From contig OX597841.1 of NCBI GenBank assembly GCA_951406725.2, forward strand, positions 2,542,001 to 2,606,000: DNA of 64,000 nt, given 5' to 3'. The notes under the pieces were generated by a model, which had not been told where the DNA came from, did no database searches, and saw only the letters and a program-made list of their open reading frames with translations. The DNA comes from Octopus vulgaris. Taxonomy: Eukaryota. How positions within the stretch are numbered: the stretch's first letter is position 1; each line of letters starts with the position of its first letter. Positions 13,060 through 26,238 of the stretch are shown here, piece after piece. A program made the translations under genes and the position numbers.

Positions 13060-13968
13060 CCTTTTCTACTCTAGGCACAAGGCGCGAAATTTTGGGGGGA
13101 GGGGGACCAATCGATTAGATCGACCCCAGTGCGTAGCTGGTACTTAATGTATCGACCCCGAAAGGATGAAAGGCAAAGTCGACCTCGACGGAATTTGAAC
13201 TCAGAACGTAGCGACAGACGAAATAGCTATTTCTTAATTACCCACAAGGGGCTAAACATAGTGGGGACAAACATAAATATTAAGTCGATTACATTGACCC
13301 CAATGCGTAACTGGTACTTAATTTATCTACCCCGAAGGGATGAAAGGCAAAGTAGACCTCGGCGGAATTTGAACTCAGAACGTAGCGACAGACGAAATAC
13401 CTATTTCTTTATTACCCACAAGGGGCTAAACATAGTGGGGACAAACATAAGTATTAAGTCGATTACATTGACCCCAATGCGTAACTGGTACTCAATTTAT
13501 CGACCCCGAAGGGATGAAAAACAAAGTCGACCTCGACGGAATTTGAACTCAGAACGTAGCGACAGACGAAATACCTATTTCTTAATTACCCACAAGGGGC
13601 TAAACATAGTGGGGACAAACATAAGTATTAAGTCGATTACATTGACCCCAATGCGTAACTGGTACTTAATTTATCGACCCCAAAGGGATGAAAGGCAAAG
13701 TAGACCTCGGCGGAATTTGAACTCAGAACGTAGCGGCAGACGAAATACCTATTTCTTTATTACCCACAAGGGGCTAAACATAGTGGGGACAAACATAAGT
13801 ATTAAGTCGATTACATTGACCCCAATGCGTAACTGGTACTTAATTTATCGACCCCGAAGGGATGAAAGACAAAGTTGACTTCGACGGAATTTGAACTCAG
13901 AACGTAGCGGCAGACGAAATACCGCCAAGCATTTCACCCGGCACACTAACGATTCTGCCAGCTCGGCG
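13060..13968 (-). mobile_element. SINE family D multimer (~5 bodies, 174-bp period)
   Basis: One head at ~13920-13968 and tandem bodies; source of the repetitive 249-aa ORF. Confidence 0.85.
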
Positions 13969-14163
13969 CTCTTTTAGCCTATATAAATAATAGCCTATAT
14001 AAATAATAAAAGATAAATATTAAAAGATACACTATATTTAACCATCGAAATAACAACTGAATTCAGTGAAAATGAACAATGATCTCTCAGTACAAGGATA
14101 TTCGTTGAAGATTTTTTCAGTATGTCCCATTCCAAAGAATGGTAACTCCTTCAACCAAAAAAA

Positions 14164-14346
14164 CCTATTTCTTTACTACCCACAAGGGGCTACACACAGA
14201 GGGGACAAACAAACGGATTGAGTCGATTATATCGACCCTAGTGCGTAACTGGTACTTAATTTATCGACCCCGAAAAGATGAAAGGCAAAGTTGACCTTAG
14301 CGGAATTTGAACTCAGAACGTAACGGCAGACGAAATATGGCTACGC
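14164..14346 (-). mobile_element. SINE family D monomer, 5'-truncated
   Basis: Same body sequence as other family D copies. Confidence 0.75.
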
Positions 14347-14743
14347 ACACCATCGCCCAATTGCACTCACCTCAAATGTCTAAAGTAATGAAAACAGTGA
14401 GGAATAACTGTGGGGCTTCTGAAGAGCCCAGTCCTCTGCAGACCTTTCACAACCTTCAGCATTGTTATTACTTATACCCAGTGGCAGTGAAATGGCCAAA
14501 TCGTTATCAGGTCAGAAAAACTGCTTAGCACCATTTCATACATCTTTCCATTCGGAGTTCAAATTGCGCCATGGTCGACTTAGCCTTTCATGTTTACAGG
14601 GTCAAGAAAATAACTACCCACTGATCACTGTGTTTGAAGAGAGCAACCAACTGCCACACCCAAATTTCAGGCCTTGACCTTACAGTAGAAAGAAGTGAGA
14701 TTTAGATCTAGTTTCGAAGCTAGTATGGGTAGGACAGTATTAA

Positions 14744-15051
14744 CCCCTTACCCAACAATTATTTTGAAAATAAATGTATTTTTTCAGACATATTTTTTAA
14801 ATGTTTTATTTTACTATGTTTTGAATGGTGATTTCAAGGTATATTTCAAACCTTATTTATTAAGAATTTTAATTCAATAATATTGATTTTAAATTACGGC
14901 ATTGGGCAGAAACGAGTTAACCCGTTTTTAGACGAAGGAACTTGTTTGTTGTCAATTTTGGCGAGTCTATCTTTTGACGAGTTAACTCGCCAGAGATGGA
15001 AAAAAACGATTTCGGTCAAAACGCATATATTCGTTTCTGCCGGGTAAGGGG
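14744..15051. mobile_element. piggyBac-like MITE
   Basis: TTAA|CCCCTTACCC ... GGGTAAGGGG|TTAA. Confidence 0.75.
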
Positions 15052-15169
15052 TTAAAATGTGAGATGGGTCACAGGCCTGTTGCAACATCATCTGTTAGTG
15101 CAGGTGCACTTGTCTATTCACACAAATGTAACTGAGATGAAATATGTCCTAAATAACAGGAACAAACGA

Positions 15170-15502
15170 AATATGCACCACCGATAGTTGTTGTGGACAA
15201 ACAACAGCAGTAATTTTATTCAGCTGAATACACATCACTGATTGGTTGAAATTACCGAAATAGGACAACTTTAACACGAAATGACTTTGAAAATACAAAC
15301 TTTTCTCAACAACATCAACGTCCAGCGGTGGTGCCCCAGCATGGCTGCGGCCTTCGGGCTAAAACACTTTTAAGGATTTTAAGGATTTAACACTAAGAGT
15401 AAAAGATGTTTTATATGACACATTCTACCAGTGTCCGAAGTTTGAAAGTGTTTGGTTACAAAAAATTAATTTCTCAATCTGCCGTTCAAAGGGAAAAGAT
15501 CC
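15170..15502. mobile_element. partial GGATC-TIR MITE abutting the gene 3 3' region
   Basis: Ends GCCGTTCAAAGGGAAAAGATCC, like 20209, 38138 and 51481. Confidence 0.6.
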
Positions 15503-15689
15503 CAAAATTCTAATAAAATAAAAACAAACTACAACTAGTGAGTGTGTTTATAGACTTTATTAATCATGACTCCACTCAAATATAACAATATTGGTCTGAA
15601 CATCTCACCAATGTAGATAGAGTTGTGGTGATATGAAATATAATAATGGGAGGATGTTATCAGACACAGTTGTACCTCCATTCCTGTGT

Positions 15690-16088
15690 GGAGTGGCTGT
15701 GTGGTAAGTAGCTTGCTAACCAACCACATGGTTCCGGGTTCAGTCACACTGCGTGGCATCTTGGGCAAGTGTCTTCTGCTATAGCCTTGGGCCGACCAAA
15801 GCCTTATGAGTGGATTTGGTAGATGGAAACTGAAAGAAGCCTGTCGTATATGTGTATATATATATATGTGTGTGTGTGTGTATGTTTGTGTGTCTGTGTT
15901 TGTCCCTCTAGCATTGCTTGACAACCGATGCTGGTGTGTTTACGTCCCCGTCACTTAGCCGTTCGGCAAAAGAGACCGATAGAATAAGTACTGGGCTTAC
16001 AAAAGAATAAGTCCCGGGGTCGAGTCGCTCGACTAAAAGCAGTGCTCCAGCATGGCCGCAGTCAAATGACTGAAACAAGTGAAAGAGT
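15690..16088 (+). mobile_element. SINE family C in 3'UTR of gene 3 (antisense to the gene)
   Basis: High identity to 12109-12532. Confidence 0.85.
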
Positions 16089-16277
16089 ATAGTTATTGAT
16101 GGGTGCTTTTCGTTTCGTCTCTCTCTCTCAGCAGAATTTTGGCAGCAAACGATATCCCTCAAAACTACTATAAAAGAAACCTGAAGTGGGTGGTATCAGG
16201 AAAGGTCCAACAAATGTAAATAGACACAGCACACACACGGCAACTCCCAGTTTAGGTGAATTTTAACGTGGATGCAG

Positions 16278-17186
16278 TCAGATGTCTTTATGAGTGCGTA
16301 CATGTGTATTTAAGTTGCTGCCCCAAGAGAATGATTTACCACAGATGTCACACAAATATGGCTTCTCTCCTGTATGAATACGTTTGTGTTTACTTAAGGC
16401 AGTATTTACAGCGAATGCTTTATCACAAATATCACAGTGATATGGCTTCTCTCCTGTATGAATACGTTTATGTTCAACGACTAGAGAACCGACAGAAAAT
16501 GATTTACCACAGACATCACAATGATATGGCTTCTCTCCTGAATGAATACGTTCATGTCTAGTTCTGTCGCTATTTGCAGAGAATGATTTACCACAGATAT
16601 CGCAATGATACGGTTTCTCTCCTGTATGAGTACGTCTGTGTGTATTCAAATTACAACTTTTATTGAATGATTTGTCACAGATATCACAGTGATACGGCTT
16701 CTCTCCTGAATGAATATGTTTATGACTAACTAAGTTAACATTTTCAGAGAAAGATTTACCACAGATATCACAGTGATACGGTTTTTCCCCTGTATGAATA
16801 CGTTCATGCCTAGTTAAGGTAACGTGTTTAGAGAATGATTTACCACAGATGTCACAGTGATACGGCCTCTCCCCTGTATGAATACGTTTGTGCGTGCTTA
16901 AGTCATTACTTGCAGAGAATGATTTACCACAGAAATCACAGACGTATGGCCTCTCTCCTGTATGAATACGTACATGTATTGTTAAGTGACTACTTTGAGA
17001 GAATGCTTTACCACAGACATCACAGCAATATGGTTTCTCTCCTGTATGTGTACGTATGTGCCTCGTCAGTTGTACTCTATCAGGGAAAGATTTTTGACAG
17101 ATGTCACAATCATATGACAATCTTCTGCTCCCTTTAATCATGTCTTTAGGCAAAATCAAATGCTCAAATTTCACACTTTTTTCCAT
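16278..17186 (-). CDS. C2H2 zinc-finger protein, 10 fingers (gene 3)
   Basis: Intact ORF with TGEKPY linkers. Confidence 0.93.
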   Translation of the reverse strand: MEKSVKFEHLILPKDMIKGSRRLSYDCDICQKSFPDRVQLTRHIRTHTGEKPYCCDVCGKAFSQSSHLTIHVRIHTGERPYVCDFCGKSFSASNDLSTHKRIHTGERPYHCDICGKSFSKHVTLTRHERIHTGEKPYHCDICGKSFSENVNLVSHKHIHSGEKPYHCDICDKSFNKSCNLNTHRRTHTGEKPYHCDICGKSFSANSDRTRHERIHSGEKPYHCDVCGKSFSVGSLVVEHKRIHTGEKPYHCDICDKAFAVNTALSKHKRIHTGEKPYLCDICGKSFSWGSNLNTHVRTHKDI

Positions 17187-17721
17187 AATTTTCGTTCTCA
17201 AATCACCATATACACTTCTTCGTTTTGTTGTTGCAGTTTACTCCTTACAAATATTTCTGCTGTTGCTGTATTTCTTGCCAGTGTTACCTTTGGCTTTTGT
17301 CAATTTATTCGTGTTGAATTAAGTAATATTTATCTCGTAGACACTCCAGCCAGAAATACTGCAAATAATCTCAGGTCAGAGCAAATATTTCAAAGGAATT
17401 CTGCCACAGTTTTATACATCTGTTCTGCATAACATATTCCCTGGGTCTTCATAGGATGATAAATATTAAGAATGCATCTTCTGTTACGTCAATGCCATTT
17501 GGTATTCTGAAATAATAAAGAGAACACTGTAAGATATAGAGGCTACTTTAAAAATATGGATGCAATGGTGGAAAATTTATAAACGTTTCTAAGGAGATAA
17601 ACTATAGAAATAAACATTTACCTGAACAACTGAACATTATAATTTATTAAAATTTGCATTACTGAATCTTCTGTGTAGCTTACATATTTATAAAGTACAG
17701 CTACACCTTCACATTGTGTAA

Positions 17722-18236
17722 TCTATATATATATAAAACTCTAGTTGTGTGAGTGTCTGTCCCCTTCGATTTAGATTCCTAACTCCTCCTACATTTTGCG
17801 GTGCAGTTTAACCAAATTCGGGTATCTTATAGTCGTGATTCATATCGAGCCCGTCTGAGTATTAGCGCGCGTCTACGATGAGTCTACGATTTTAAAAATA
17901 ATTTAACATCATTTTTTATTCCATTTTAATGCATAATTTTTCGTGTGTCGATGGCGGCGGAGTTGACGTCCATGGTCACACCTGCACCTGTTTGCTTCTC
18001 CCCCTTCTTCCCTCCCTGGTGAAGCTGTGGGGAAGGGGGTGTAAGCAAATCAACGTCGTAAAGCGTTGTCAAGGAGACCAGCGTTCTTTTAGAACAACGA
18101 CTTCATGGCTTGAAGACACCAAAACAGAAATGGCTAAGAAAGCCCGAATTGGCATCTATAAGGGAAGTAACTCTCTAAAAATGCTTATATAGTTATTTCC
18201 CTTACAAACCCGAGCAACGCCGGGCGATACTGCTAG
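17722..18236 (+). mobile_element. non-autonomous Helitron
   Basis: A|TC start, hairpin plus CTAG|T end, no TSD; empty site visible in the paralogous intron of gene 6 (~33715-33755). Confidence 0.9.
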
Positions 18237-18753
18237 TATTATATAGATTAAACTGCAGAATAACGGACAATAAAATTCTTCTCCCAACTGAAAATTAACT
18301 TGACATTGTTGCTTAGTTCCAGCTGAGCTTTGACTGTGCAGGCAAATTATTAATGACGTTCCATCCTCGAGCATCCTGTCTGTCTCTCTAGCACTGTATA
18401 TTTAGGACTACATCATGAAACACCACGTTCGATATTTATGACTGAAAGGTGTAATTTAAGGGAAGTGTGCTGTTATTTCTAGCATGTCATGTAACCACTC
18501 AGAGAGCTGTGATGAAAATGTTGTTTTTGCATTTTCTGCAATTTTTATGACAAACCAAACAAAAATTAAATTTGATTTAATTTCGCCAATTCGCTACGAT
18601 CTCTTTAAACAAAATCAATAATTTAACATTGGGGGTAGCGAGGCGGGATGAAATTAAATTTTTTTTTTTTTTTTGCTTATTCATAATCTCCGACATCTAA
18701 ATAATTTTTTCAAGGAGAGGCACGAGACTGCATTTGCCCCCTTGACTTAATTG

Positions 18754-19185
18754 GGCAATCTTTCGTCTCTAGTATGATCGCCAATTGGGCAATCTTTCGC
18801 CTCTAGTAGACCTTTCCGTCGATTTCCGTAAAAATTTTTTTTTTTTTTTTACATATGGGCTTGCGGGAACTGACTAAGAGAAAGCGATTGTATGACGAGG
18901 GAAGTTCTTTTGAAGTTACCGTGCATGGGAGGCATTGATGTACATGCGTGTGTGTGTGTTTGATGGGGTGTGGGAGACAGACAGTATGTTGTGTAAGTGA
19001 AGTGCCTCTGTTAGTGTGTGTGAAGAGACAGAGTAATGTGTGAAAGAAAGAGATAACTGAAATTTTTTACTCGGTGTATGTGTATATGTATGTATATTAC
19101 TTGAAAAGTTCCCGCAAGCCCATATGTAAAAAAAAAAATTTTTACGGAAATCAACGGAAAGGTCTACTAGAGACGAAAGATCGCC
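18754..19185. mobile_element. Merlin-like MITE (TIR GGCRATCTTTCGTCTCTAGTAGACC), preceded by a 29-bp ends-only remnant
   Basis: Long TIRs with GG termini; five copies in window. Confidence 0.8.
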
Positions 19186-19673
19186 ATTAAATTTGATTTA
19201 ATTTCGCCAATTCGCTACGATCTCTTTAAACAAAATCAATAATTTAAAATTTGGGGTAGCGAGGGGGATGGGGTGAAATTAAATTTTTTTTTTTTTGCTT
19301 ATTCATAATCTCCGACATCTAAATAAATTTTTCAAGGATAGGCGCGAGCGAGACTGCATTTGGCCCCTTGACTCAATTGCTTTATAGCATATCAGAAAGA
19401 CTAAAATAACCTTACTTTATAGAATTCGGTCAAACCAACGGATCAATGAAATCGATCAATGATGTTCAATGCTGGGTCTTCTTGGATTCCTGCATTCCTC
19501 TTCCAGTCTCTCATCTTTTTGTTCTCCCTCTCCTTCTTCCTTCTCGCTGCTCCTCTCCGCCGCAATCCCTTTGTCAATTATCATATAAATAAGACAAAAT
19601 CATACAGTTTTAAGGATCAGAGACGTAGTAGCACTCTCTAGTGATTAGAGGCCAGTTCTTTGTATGGAATCAA

Positions 19674-19728
19674 TCACATCACTTCCGCTTTGTCATTAAA
19701 CCTAAAATACATCGAGTTATTTCCCTTT
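19674..19728 (-). promoter_or_regulatory. putative promoter of gene 3
   Basis: TCACATCACTTCCG (CRE degenerate, ETS intact) plus GAGTTATTTCCC; donor at ~19415. Confidence 0.5.
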
Positions 19729-19787
19729 TTTTTCTATGTCCAAATCACGTGGTTAAGAATCAAATTTGTTAACCACACGGCCCATAC

Positions 19788-20209
19788 GGATCTTTTCGGT
19801 TTGACCGGCAGTTTTTTTAAAAATAATTTCCACGTAACTAAACACTTTTAAACTTCGTATACTGGTAGAATGTGTCAAAATAAAACAATTTTTTCTCTTG
19901 GCTTTATTGAGAAAATTCTATAGTTTGTCAGATATTTGTTGTTTTTTTCTTCTTCAATTTCTGCAATTTCAACCAATCAATGACGTCCATTAAGGTAAAA
20001 AAAACAACATTCTGTGCCGTATGAATATGTCCCTCGTTTGAGAAACAGATTCGGTTTATTTACATTTGTGAAGAAAAAAAGATACCTTCTCCCCACCCCT
20101 AACCCTAAAACAGATTGAAATGCAATAGATCGATACCAGGGTCATAATTATGGGTGACAATTACATACGAAACCGCTAGAAAAAAATGCCGTTCAAACCG
20201 AAAAGATCC
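19788..20209. mobile_element. MITE with GGATCTTTTCGGTTTGA TIRs
   Basis: Terminal inverted repeats; inverse copy at 37723-38138. Confidence 0.8.
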
Positions 20210-20559
20210 AGCTATGCTTGTCAATATCATATCTTTCTCCTTCGATTATATTTTCTTCATTCTTCAATGTTTATTTTTGTTTGGTTTGTCATAAAAATTG
20301 CAGAAGCTCCAAAAGCAACATTTTCGTCATCGCTCTTTAAGTGGCCACATGGCATACTAGAAATAACAGCACATTTCCCTTAAATTTAAATTTTCTCTTT
20401 TGTGGAGTCTAGGGGCAGCACACACTCTAGCTATGCTAGTGGTCCTTAGTCATCTCCTTTCTAAGGTTCAGTATCATGAGATTGGTGTTCAATACTCAAT
20501 TCCTTCTTTTCGGGTCTCTCTCTTCCACAAGGGCCATCCATTTTTAGTGACCGCCACTT

Positions 20560-21050
20560 CTGTATAGGACTGTCTACATTTATATACCTCACACGACCCA
20601 AGTAGCACAGTGCATCTAATTCCTCATATGCCCAACTTTTCCCCTAATACAGTAGTGTCAAAGGCTGAAGACGCTCAACCTTTATTCTCTAGAAAAACGA
20701 CGACGCCGTGGTGATCTCATCCTTGCTCACAACATCATAAGCGGAAAGTGTAACCTCTCGAAAGAGCTATTCTTCACTCTTGCTCCACAGCGTCGGCTGC
20801 GGGGTCACTCCGAAAAACTCTATCTGTGACGATTTCATCTCAATCGAAGGAGAGGGGCTTTCTCCGTCCGGGTTGCGGATCCGTGGAATACGCTGCCGGA
20901 CGAGATGGTGAAGATGCCGACGACCGCTCGGTTCAAAGTCTCCCTTGACCACAAGTGGCCTGAACTCATTACATGAACACTCTCCCTGTACATAACTCCA
21001 TGTCCCCCTACATGGCCTTGCTTTTTGAGCCAAAAAATTAACTAACTAAC
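20560..21050 (+). mobile_element. decayed CR1-like LINE 3' end (second family)
   Basis: Translation RLRGHSEKL...FSVRVADPWNTLP...FKVSLD; (TAAC)n tail. Confidence 0.65.
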
Positions 21051-21124
21051 ATCCAGCAGAGCATAGTAGCTTCGTTCCTCAAGCCATCGCATAGCTTGTA
21101 TATTCAGGGTTCACATCTCCCTAC

Positions 21125-21460
21125 TATTTACCATTGCTGATCGTGTACTGCACATACAATCTTCCTTTCGCTTGGAGAAAGAGAGAGAGCTTTGGTTACC
21201 AACAGAGGTAAAAGCTCTCTGCATCTTCTCCATCCCATTCTTATGCTAGCGATTACACTTTCCGTGCATCCTCCCCCACTGCTAACTAAGTTCCTTAGAT
21301 AGCAGAAATTATCTACAACCTCCAAAGAGCTTCTGGGGCATTTGAGACAATCGATTTTCTGAGTATCTGTGGTTTTTATGGCTCCTGTGTATCTTCCACA
21401 AACAAACGCTACCTTCTTCTCTGATAACCTTCCACTGCACCCCTTGTGTCCATAATTTGC
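21125..21460 (-). mobile_element. RTE-clade LINE fragment
   Basis: LEVVDNFCYL..L.SSGGGC..SV...IR.GW...RELLPLL, typical of the end of an RTE RT domain. Confidence 0.75.
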
Positions 21461-21639
21461 CTTGAATAGCTGTAGGTTGGGTCACAGCTATTTTCAAAAC
21501 AAAATTAAAAAGAAAGAAAAAAATGAAATGAAATGAAGACAAACTCCAGTTGGCCAGTGTGTTTATAGATTTTATTAATTGACTCCATCGAAATATATAA
21601 CAATATTTGTTTTGATATCTCACTAATGTAGATATAGTT

Positions 21640-21826
21640 GTGGAGATATAAAATATAATATCGGGAGGTTGTTATCAAACTGCTGTATATCCTTTTCCTG
21701 TGTGGAGATATAAAATATAATATCAGGAGGTTGTTATCACACTGCTGTATATCCTTTTCATGTGTGGAGATATAAAATATAATATCGGGAGGTTGTTATC
21801 ACACTGCTGTATATCCTTTCCTGTGT
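21640..21826. repeat. ~61-bp triplication in 3'UTR of gene 4
   Basis: GTGGAGATATAAAATATAATATCGGGAGGTTGTTATC x3; single-copy in the paralogous UTRs. Confidence 0.85.
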
Positions 21827-22076
21827 GAACACCAAATTATTCATGAGAGTTTTTGTTTGTTTCTCGGATGGTTTTCACAGTAAACACTATCCCTTAATGA
21901 TGAAAAGAGGCAACTAACAGGGTTGCCATCAGGGAGGGTCCACCAGCTGTAAATGACAGCCAAAAGAAGTGAGCCACAAGTGGATTAGTTATTGCTGTGA
22001 TGGCTAAAACACATGGGGCAACCCCCAGTTTAGGTGAAGCTTAAAATATTTCTTATGAATTTTAACATGGATGCAG

Positions 22077-22973
22077 TTACAATTCTTTATGAATGCGTAC
22101 ATGTGTATTTAAGTTGCTGCTCCGAGAGAATGATTTACCACAGATATCACACAAGTATGGCTTCTCTCCTGTATGAATACGTTTGTGTTTAGTTAAGGCA
22201 CTATTTACAGAGAATGATTTACCGCAGATATCACAATGATATGGCTTCTCTCCTGTATGAATACGTTTATGTTCAACTAAGTGACAACTTACAGAGAAAG
22301 ATTTACCACAAATGTCACAGTGATACGGCTTCTCTCCTGTATGAATACGTTTGTGCCTAACTATGTCACTGCTTACAGTGAACGATTTACCACAGATATC
22401 ACATTGGAAAGGTTTCTCTCCTGTATGAATACGTTTATGTTGAGCAAAGAGACTATTTATAGGAAATGATTTACCACAGATATCGCAGTGAAATAGATCC
22501 TCCCCTGTATGAATACGTTTGTGTATAGTTAAGGTATCATTTTTAGAGAATGATTTACCACAGATATCACAGTGATATGGCTTCTCTCCTGTATGAATAC
22601 GTTTGTGTATAGTTAAGCTAACATTTTTAGAGAATGATTTGCCACAGATATCACAGTGATATGGCCTCTCTCCTGTATGAATACGCTTATGTATACTTAG
22701 ATCATTACTTGCAGAGAATGATTTACCACAGAAATCACAGACGTATGGCCTCTCTCCTGTATGAATACGTACATGTATTGTTAAGCTATTACTTTGCGAA
22801 AATGATTTACCACAGACATCACAGTGATAAGGCTTCTCTCCTGTATGAATACGTTGGTGCATAGTCAAGTTACATTTTTGAGAGAAGGACTTTTTACAGA
22901 TCTCACAATCATATGATAATTTCCTTCTCTCTTCAGGAAAAACCAAGTCCTCAGGTTTCTCATTTATTTCCAT
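22077..22973 (-). CDS. C2H2 zinc-finger protein, 10 fingers (gene 4)
   Basis: Intact ORF; acceptor at ~23303. Confidence 0.93.
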   Translation of the reverse strand: MEINEKPEDLVFPEERRKLSYDCEICKKSFSQKCNLTMHQRIHTGEKPYHCDVCGKSFSQSNSLTIHVRIHTGERPYVCDFCGKSFSASNDLSIHKRIHTGERPYHCDICGKSFSKNVSLTIHKRIHTGEKPYHCDICGKSFSKNDTLTIHKRIHTGEDLFHCDICGKSFPINSLFAQHKRIHTGEKPFQCDICGKSFTVSSDIVRHKRIHTGEKPYHCDICGKSFSVSCHLVEHKRIHTGEKPYHCDICGKSFSVNSALTKHKRIHTGEKPYLCDICGKSFSRSSNLNTHVRIHKEL

Positions 22974-23382
22974 AGTTTTTCTTCTGAAATCACCATAGAT
23001 ATTTCTTGTTTCTGATCTTGTAGTTCACTTCTTACGGACATTTCTAACTGCTACATACCTGTTCTGTGTTACCTTTGTCTTACAATGCTTTTGTACATTT
23101 ATATCTCTGTATGATTAATCCAAATTCATCTTGTAAACACAGCAGCCAGTGATGTAATGAAATATTGCTAATAATCTCTATATTCAACCAGATTTACAGA
23201 AACAGTTTTATATGTGTGCTGTGTATAGGATATTCGTTTGGTCTTTAAATAATGATAAATATTGAGAACGTATCCTCTGTTACGTCAATGTCATCTGATA
23301 TCCTGAAATAATAAAGAAACAACAGTGTAAGATACAAAAGCTACTTAGAAAATACAGAGTGGAAAATTTACAATATTTCTAA

Positions 23383-23555
23383 GGCGTAGGAGTGGCTGTG
23401 TGGTAAGTAGCTTGCTTATGAACCACATGGTTCCGGGTTCAGTCCCCCTGCGTGAAACCTCAGGCAAGTGTCTTCTACTATATAGTCTCAGGCCGACCAA
23501 AGCCTTGTGAGTGGATTTGGTAGATGGAAACTGAAAGAAGCTTGTCATATGTATG

Positions 23556-23588
<33 letters not shown>

Positions 23589-23787
23589 TTGTCCCCCCAA
23601 GATCGCTTGACAACCGATGCTGGTGTGTTTACGTCCCCGTAACTTAGCGGTTCGGCAAAGAAGACCGATAGAATAAGTATAAGGCGTACAGAGAATAAGT
23701 CCTGGGGTCGATTTGCTCAACTAAAGGCGGTGCTCCAGCATGGCCGCGGTCAAATGACTGAAACAAGTAAAAGAGTAAAAGTGAGTA
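23383..23787 (+). mobile_element. SINE family C
   Basis: High identity to 12109-12532. Confidence 0.85.
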
Positions 23788-24189
23788 ATTGCTGGGTTGT
23801 TAGACTTGTTTCCTTAAATCCTAAAAAATGTTTTAGCCCGAAGGCCGTGGCCATGCTGGGGCACCACCGCTGAAGAAATTTTTAAAAATATAATACAATA
23901 AAACACCTTTAAAATTTATGCAGACATTTAGGGAGTCTAGCACGCCGTTTCTATGTGGTCCCGTCTGTTTTGTAGTAGGGATCGTTGTTTACATACACAT
24001 CGACAAATTCAGTCAATCAATCAATCAATGAAATCAATCATTAATGTCCCACAGCTGAGTAACTGTCTCCTCGTGTTTCACTCTAAATTCTCTTTCCAAT
24101 CCGTGACCAACCTCTCCGAATTTCTGCCAGGTTTCTTGTGTGTCTTCTTTTCGTTGTCCTTCACAATCTGTCTCATTCTATCGTCCACC

Positions 24190-24634
24190 TTGGTTGGAGA
24201 GGAAGACCCTGCCACCGAGAGAATACGAGACACGATGGAAGGATGTGATGAGAAAGGTGGGTGCTAGTAACCCAGCTAAATCATTGATGAAAGGAAAAGA
24301 TAGTTGCTGGGCCTTGTAGGCTGCCGGGTTCGATCTCGTGAACTTTTATTCGTTTTCGTTTAAAAAGTACGGTTGCAGTACTGAAAGAGTGTGTTTGGAG
24401 GACTAGAATGGAAGGTTCTGTGAAAGGGTCCTTCATCTCTGGCCCTGGTTTACTGTCTTACTTCGGATTCCATCTGAAGAGCAAGATGGGGTTGGAGAGC
24501 AGGACCCCCTGCCACTGAGAGAATACGAGAAACGATGGAAGGATGTGATGAGAAAGGTGGGTGCTAGTAGCCCAGCTTAATCATTGATCGAAGGAAAAGA
24601 TAGTTGCTGGGCCTTACAGGCTGCCGGGTTCGAT
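24190..24634. repeat. ~145-bp direct repeat pair (period ~300 bp) of unknown origin
   Basis: GGTTGGAGAG...GGCTGCCGGGTTCGAT at ~24192-24334 and ~24490-24634. Confidence 0.75.
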
Positions 24635-24717
24635 TTTTTTTTTGAAAAATTCTAGTCTAAGGTTAAATTAATCGTGTATAAAATATATTTTAGTAAATTT
24701 TTAAATAATACCACACA

Positions 24718-24870
24718 GGCTGTGTGGTAAGTAGCTTGCTAACCAACCACATGGTTCCGGGTTCAGTCCCACTGCGTGGCATCTTGGGCAAGTGTCTTCT
24801 GCTATATAGCCTCAGGCCAACCAAAGCCTTGTGAGTGGATTTGGTAGACGGAAACTGAAAGAAGCCTGTC

Positions 24871-24924
<54 letters not shown>

Positions 24925-25133
24925 GTGTATGTGTTTTTCCCCTCCTAGCATTGCTTGACAACCGATGCTGGTGTGTTTACGTCCCCGTCACTTAGCGGTT
25001 CGGCAAAAAGAGACCGATAGAATAAGTACTGGGCTTACAAAAGAATAAGTCCCGGGGTCGATTTGCTCTCGACTAAAGGTGGTGCTCCAGCATGGCCGCA
25101 GTCAAATGACTGAAACAAGTAAAAAAGTAAAAG
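24718..25133 (+). mobile_element. SINE family C
   Basis: High identity to other copies. Confidence 0.85.
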
Positions 25134-25356
25134 AATATCATACGAACTCATATAACATTTTTTTGATTGTCCTCTGTTGTCCCATCCTGTTTAAGATCGT
25201 TCTGATCTGGTCTTCTCCGCCGTAACTCCTTCATCAATCATTATATAAATGAGACACTAATATTCAGATTAGGGATCAGGAAGGAATAGAAGAAAACAAT
25301 ACAATGAAACGAACAGCACTTTTTCTCGTGCTTGGAGTTCAGGTCTTCCTGTCCGA

Positions 25357-25413
25357 TGACGTCACTTCCTCTTTGGTATCATCACTCAATCTAGAAATAT
25401 AGAGTTGTTTCCC
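25357..25413 (-). promoter_or_regulatory. putative promoter of gene 4
   Basis: TGACGTCACTTCC plus GAGTTGTTTCCC. Confidence 0.6.
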
Positions 25414-25537
25414 TTCTTTTGGCTTTGTCCTCTTCTTAATAAAATCCAACGTCTTTGATTCCAGGTTTTGCTTCGACCACCAATGGATTTATATATAAAA
25501 CTCTCACCATGAGAAAATGAATATATATGTTCACAAA

Positions 25538-26142
25538 AGGCGGCGAGCTGGCAGAAACGTTAGCACGCCGGGCGAAATGCGTGGCCGTATTTCGTCTGCC
25601 GTTACGTTCTGAGTTCAAATTCCGCCGAGGTCGACTTTGCCTTTCATCCTTTCGGGGTCGATAAATTAAGTACCAGTTGCGCACCAGTGCGCAACTGGTA
25701 ATCGACTTAATCCCTTTGTCTGTCCTTGTTTGTCCCCATCTATGTTTAGCCCCTTGTGGGTAGTAAAGAAATAGGTATTTCGTCTGCCGTTACGTTCTGA
25801 GTTCAAATTCCGCCGAGGTCGACTTTGCCTTTCATCCTTTCGGGGTCGATAAATTAAGTACCAGTTGCGCACTGGGGTCGATGTAATCGACTTAATCCCT
25901 TTATCTGTCCTTGTTTGTCCCCCTCTATGTTTAGCCCCTTGTGGGTAGTAAAGAAATAGGTATTTCGTCTGCCGTTACGTTCTGAGTTCAAATTCCGCCG
26001 AGGTCGACTTTGCCTTTCATCCTTTCGGGGTCGATAAATTAAGTACCAGTTGCGCACTGGGGTCGATGTAATCGACTTAATCCGTGTGCCTGTCCTTGTT
26101 TGTCCTCTCTGTGTTTAGCCCCTTGTGGGTAGTAAAGAAATA
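25538..26142 (+). mobile_element. SINE family D trimer
   Basis: Head plus three ~185-bp bodies; TSD AATATATATGTTCAC. Confidence 0.85.
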
Positions 26143-26238
26143 AATATATATGTTCACTAAGGAGTGGCGAATTTTACCTCTCACACAATGGAAACATTTC
26201 TCATGGTACCAGCAGGCAAAATGGGGAAAAAAAAAGAT

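Noticed and set aside
13129-13878. 249-aa repetitive ORF MRNWYLIYRPRKDERQSRPRR
   Set aside because: Antisense translation of a SINE family D multimer with a 174-bp unit
20095-20108. Telomere-like CCCTAACCCTAA (also ~32446, ~37826, ~50736)
   Set aside because: Only about two units, embedded in MITE sequence
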